Source: Takakia lepidozioides (taxonomy: Eukaryota > Plantae > Bryophyta). Taken from it: a DNA stretch of 64,000 nt. Of this stretch, positions 58,993 through 64,000 are shown one piece after another. How positions within the stretch are numbered: the stretch's first letter is position 1; every line of letters begins with the position of its first letter. Both the position numbers and the translations under genes were made by a program. A model generated the notes under the pieces. The model searched no databases. It was given only the letters and a program-made list of their open reading frames with translations, and was not told the DNA's origin. The DNA lies in the NCBI GenBank assembly GCA_030704615.1, contig CM060732.1:30070001-30134000 (forward strand), read 5' to 3'.

Positions 58993-59578
58993 GCTACAAT
59001 CTCATTACTGTGGGAAGGTCTTCAACTTAAGAATTACTTAATCAATATCAGTTTCTGGTGAAGGGAATGGGAAATTACACACATTGGGACTAGTAGGGGT
59101 GATACACACACACCATACAGCTGGTCTTTTTCAGCCGAACGGTTTGCTGCATGGTAGAAAGTTGGGTTCATTGTGAATCATGTTTTATAATTTGAAGGAA
59201 GTTGATGTCAGTTTTGTGGGAGAGTTTAAGTGGCTTTTGTCAGCTTCTGCTTGACATGGTTTTTGAAGGAAGATTGTTCCTTTTCACCAAGATCGCTCTG
59301 CAGATATGGTCTGCGTGGCTTTTTGGGTTACCCTTTTGTTTTTGTCTTGAAAGGTGGACAATGAGAGAGCTGTCTCTACACTCCGGACATTATAGAGTGA
59401 AGTCCCTGGTTGGTGGGTGAGAAGCAGCTCGGCTGCCAGTGTGAGTAGACAATAAGGACACAGGCTTTACTAGTACCCAGGCCCTCATACACATTTGAAG
59501 GGTCACTGATTTCTCTGCAGGAATATGAATCTGATGCAAGAGCCATGCAGCAGTGGACCAGTAGATGGAATCGAAGTA

Positions 59579-60135
59579 GAATTGCACCTTAATATAATAC
59601 GGATGGGTACCAATAGCTGCAATGACCTGTACTCAACAAATTCATCAACAGGTCATAATTCAAGCACATATGAGAAGTCTGGAGCGCATAAGAAGTCTCT
59701 AATTATATCCAGAAGTCTCGTATAACAAGAGCAAAGAAAAAGTACCATAAAAGCTGTGCAGGTAATGTCGAATGAGGACAGACCGTCTCAAATCTCTCCC
59801 CTCGTACATTGAGTCGGATCTTCTGCATACCCTTTCTGACCATCACACCTTGGTACTCCTCCTCCGATCCATAAACTATAGCACTTGTGGCAATGAGCTG
59901 CTCACCAGCGTCCACCAACCCCGACTTATCTGCATTTCCACCCTCAATCACCTCACCCACAAACATTCTCCCGAATTCGTCTTCTTCAAATTAAAGCAAT
60001 GCCTGAAACATCAAACTCACCAACCAGTCAGTGTGACTGCCAAGACTAGAACTCTTACGCTCAGATTAAACGAGACATAATCTTGGACATTTGGATTTTC
60101 AATTGTACTATGCAGATTTAAACAGTTAGTTTCCT
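59579..60135 (-). pseudogene. Inverted fragment of the PDZ gene (exons 3-4)
   Basis: Reverse complement of 39889-40457, with a 4-nt insertion near the start of exon 3 (GCTTTAATTTGAAG) that shifts the frame. Confidence 0.9.
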
Positions 60136-60505
60136 GTATCATATGTTCGTGATCACTTTTCAAAGTTCAAAAGCAATATTATCGAACAAACTCTTCAGCA
60201 CAAGTAAAGCTTACAATATTTCTTCAAAAGCTTTTCTGTCTGACTCCCACACTCTGCGTGATTAAGTCCGTAGTGTTTTATATCCCACTAATTTGTGACT
60301 TCTCAAGTAGTGTAATTGATCCCAATGATGCAATGCAACACATGAGCAGTGCAACACAAAAGAAAACCACACCAGCGAGCAAATAATGGGCTGGTTACAT
60401 ACTACTGATGCCCCTCAAGGAAACTTTGATTGCGACAATTTACCAGTAAGGTTGAAGTGATGAAGTGACAGGTTCTTCATATATACTGTAAAGCCCACAA
60501 ACTTG

Positions 60506-63500
60506 TATACAGGTTCGACTGTTCTACATGAGGAGTTGGAGCAACAAATTGCCAAATTTGTGGGCAAGCCAGCAGCCATGGTGTATGGCATGGGCTTTGC
60601 TACAAACTCAACAACTCTGCCTGCCCTCATTGGCAAGGTGCTAACTTCAGTCTTGGCTTGCTTGGTTCTTATACTGCTGGAGGTCAGAATGGACAATTTC
60701 TGGAAAAGAGGTCTGTCAGAGCAATTTTGTGTGCTTTTGCCAAATAGTAAAGTTTGGAATTCACCCGCATAAGTCAATGGAATATCAAGGGGAACTTGAA
60801 GTCTCCGCCATGGGGGTTCGTGGCGGTGTCGTAGGTCCCTTCATTGAGAACTTTACCCTGGCCGGATTAGAAGATATAGTAACTAGCGGACAACATCTGT
60901 CCACCACATTAGGTGTGCTGATGACTTTGTCATTACCACCAAGGATGAGAGATTGGTGGAACAATGTTTTGAAGAAGCCAAAGTTTCCTGGCAGAACGGG
61001 GCCTCCAATTGTTGGAATGTAGAGAAAGACACACATATTGTCAATGTTGGGCAAGAACTATCCCTCAGATCATATAACTAGATACCCCTGCACTCAGAGG
61101 GCTGGAAGGGAAGGTTTGTTTTGGAATACGGGTCATATTGGTCTGAGATGCTTGTCTGTTCTTGCAATGCAGGGTGGATTAATTATCAGTGACTCACTGA
61201 ACCATTCATCAATTGTGGCGGGTGCTCGTGGCTCTGGTGCTAAAGTTGCAGTCTTTCAGCACAACAGTATGCCTGGCCTCATATCCTTGCAACCATTTGC
61301 CATCTTGTGCTTTTTTGGATTGCACATGGTTCAGGATCTGCTGTAGTGTGTAGACCCTGTGTTCGTCTGTCACATCTATGCATTGTGCATACTATGTGTC
61401 AGTATGTCACACCTTGGTCGAGGGGCCTAGATCTGGCAAAACTGGGTTGAGGTGAATGTGAAGAACTGTCTTGTAGCAGAGACACCTGTTTCAAATGTAT
61501 AAAAATGGCTTACTGACTATCCTATATGATAGCAAACATTAAGGAAAGGAGAGGAAGGAACAAAAAGATAAAAGAAGGGGAACGGTGCATGGGTAGAGCA
61601 AGGTTAGCTGGCTGAAATGAAAATAATGCGTGAGTTTGATGAAAGGACAAGTTGACATCCACAATCTTGTGTTTTGCAGTACCTTCTCACTTGGAACAAG
61701 TACTCCGGGAAGCCATAGCTGAAGGGCAGCCCCGAACACACAGGCCCTGGAAGAAAATTATGGTGGTGGTGGAAGCAATTTACAGCATGGAAGGTGAAGT
61801 GTGTCGGCTCAAAGACAAAAAATATAAGGTGCTTTTTATTCATCCTTTGTCTCACCCCCTCCCTCCATGCCTCTACCCTTTTCCTCCCCATAGTGCCCCT
61901 CCTCCCTGCTATTTGTACTCCCATTGAGATTTTTGTGGTGCTGGATTTGATGACATTGACTACTATGAAGGGTGGAATATAGATCCCCAGTGCCAAATGC
62001 GTGGATAAGGCCATGTTATTTCACTTGGCAGGGTTGAGTTGGCAGCAATACTTGCATCACTTCAGTGCGATTTGTAGCCTATTGAATTTGGGCGCCCACA
62101 ACATAGTGCATCTACTTTCCTCATTTAATACTTGATGTCTAATATTCATTCTACTATAGCATTAGAAACACCTATGGGGAGGTGTGTACCGTGATTGATT
62201 TGTTCTCAACCAGATTGGCACAAATGTAACTTTGATTGCTCTGGCGCTCAAATCAACTCACATATCAATCAACCTGATTTGTAGGGTAAGCCTGCAGAAT
62301 AACTTCATTACAGATGTTCACATGCTCTTCCTTCTCCTTGGGACACATTTATCATGAAATATTTCTCGGCAGGCATACATTTACTTGGAGGCACACAGCA
62401 TAGGAGCCATCGGCAAAACTGGTTGACCCTTCCGACATTGATGTGATGACGCACTAAATCCTTTGGATCGTGTGGTGGCTACATTGCCGGGTCTGAGGTC
62501 TGACTTTCTCTCTTTTCCTTTTCTAAGATGTTTGTCAGGGGAAAGATATGATTGTATCAAGACGGGACACATAACTGTTATCTCTTCGTGTTCAGGGGGC
62601 CTTGATGGCTGCACAGGGCCCAGGGCCCATGAGCTCATGGGACAAAGTAGAACAACAAGACACCACTTCCAAACACGCCAAGTCGCTCCTGTCATTGTAC
62701 TTGTGTACCCTTTGGCCTTTGGGTTTCCTGAAGTGGTTCTTGGTTTGTTTCACCCTGGACCGGGGATCTTGTGGCCGTCTGGAGGTTATAGAGTTTCTTT
62801 CTTTCTATCTCTTTCTGACAACTTGCTCTTTTCTCCTGTTCCTGTTCTGACCTTGTCACTGGCTGTGCATGAGAGTGTTGGCAACCTTGGCCTGGGTTCC
62901 ATAGCTTGGGGAACAACCCCAGAACCAACGCTGGGAGGGTCAGACTTTTTGTTCTGTGCCATCCAAAGGGTATCCTATGACATTAGAGTCAAATGCATTC
63001 ATATAGCAGGGATCGGAAGCTTAAGCACTACCACAAGCTTTGGGGATTGGTGTGTCTAATGCAGGAACTGGTGAAATATTTGAGGTTTGTGAGTTCCGAC
63101 CATCTCTATGCAACTGCTATGTCTCCACCAGCAGTGCAACAAACCATCTCTGCCCTTGAAGTCATAATGGGAGAAGATGGCAGCAACTGAGGCTAGCTAA
63201 ATACGTCAGATAACCTTACAACCATCTATCATTTATATGTACTGTGTAGAAGTTGATGTACTCATTTTACCTGGCTTGCCGCAGCCTTGTGGCTGTAGAC
63301 CCTACCTAGCTTGGAGGGAGCACAAGTGGTTGCTGCTTTTGGGATCAACTCTCAAACTGAGTGAGAAGGATACCTAAAATTTCGTTCTTTACCTTTCTTT
63401 AATTTCAATGTTGTTTTGAATATTGCAGGGGCTCAGAAGCTAGCACAGGTGTGGGAAAACAGCAATCTCTTTAGGGATGAACTTCGCAAAATGGGCTGTG

Positions 63501-64000
63501 AAGTGCTGGGTGATGCAGACTCACCAGTCATGCCAATTATGCTCTATAAACCTGGCAAGATTCCAGCGTTCTCCCGCGAGTGCTTGAAGCGTAATGTATG
63601 CCCCTCACTCCTCCCCCCCTTTTTTTTTTGTCTCTTCAAAGTCTTATCATAGTGGTACGGTCATAGAATGCAGTCTTCATGGAGGTTCACCTCTGGGTGT
63701 GCAGGTACGGTTGTTTCGGTGGCATTTCCTGCAACTCCCCTGTTACTGTCTAGGGCACGTATTTGCATCTTGGCGGCGCACACCCGTGAGGACCTTCAAC
63801 AAGGGCTTGAGGTTTTTACTTCATTATCCTGGAAGCTTACATTCTTTGTATTTCCGGGGACTTCACAGGTTTCAATTTGCCCACTATCGGCACATTTCTC
63901 TCGGGGCCTTTTTTGTTGACTTTACAAACTTCCTTCCATTCTTTGTCCCTCCCTCCCTCCCTCTCTCCTAGTCTACCTTTGAACAATAGACCGATGCAAA
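60506..64000 (+). pseudogene. LCB2: Inverted, decayed duplicate of LCB2 exons 5-11
   Basis: Reverse complement of about 46745-50423. Exons 1-4 are absent, the Asp of LDEAH is deleted, the GTFTK region is disrupted (62380-62460), and there is a TGA plus a lost donor at about 63188-63195. Confidence 0.93.

Noticed and set aside
58021-64000. Simple assembly artefact (exact false duplication)
   Set aside because: The arms differ by many substitutions, by indels in both directions and by segment order. A mis-joined divergent haplotype cannot be fully excluded without reads.

Overview
Gene-dense eukaryotic nuclear DNA from a land plant. Intron-rich genes and a bryophyte-type 18S fragment suggest a non-seed plant such as a hornwort, but the taxon is inferred. 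Apparently intact genes: TRM1 tRNA dimethyltransferase (+, 12 exons), a LEA_2/NHL gene (-), an EGF-like GPI-anchored protein (+, 5' exon not found), a small 2-TM Pkr1-like protein (-), a plastid PDZ protein (+), LCB2 serine palmitoyltransferase (-) and pTAC6 (+). Mobile DNA: a Gypsy RNase H fragment, a hAT-type end, a decayed CRE-like retroelement, a 5'-truncated LINE with a perfect 15-bp TSD in pTAC6 intron 3, about 9 short copies of that LINE's 3' end, and tRNA-derived SINEs. The main unusual structure is a local inverted, rearranged segmental duplication (about 40-50 kb versus 58-64 kb, plus a third partial copy at 27-29 kb) with reciprocal gene loss: the left arm keeps PDZ and LCB2, the right arm keeps pTAC6, and each intact gene is near a broken copy of a neighbour. 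TRM1 has a long in-frame N-terminal extension, a duplicated terminal exon and an intronic 18S rRNA fragment. All exon models were read by eye; nothing was computed or searched.
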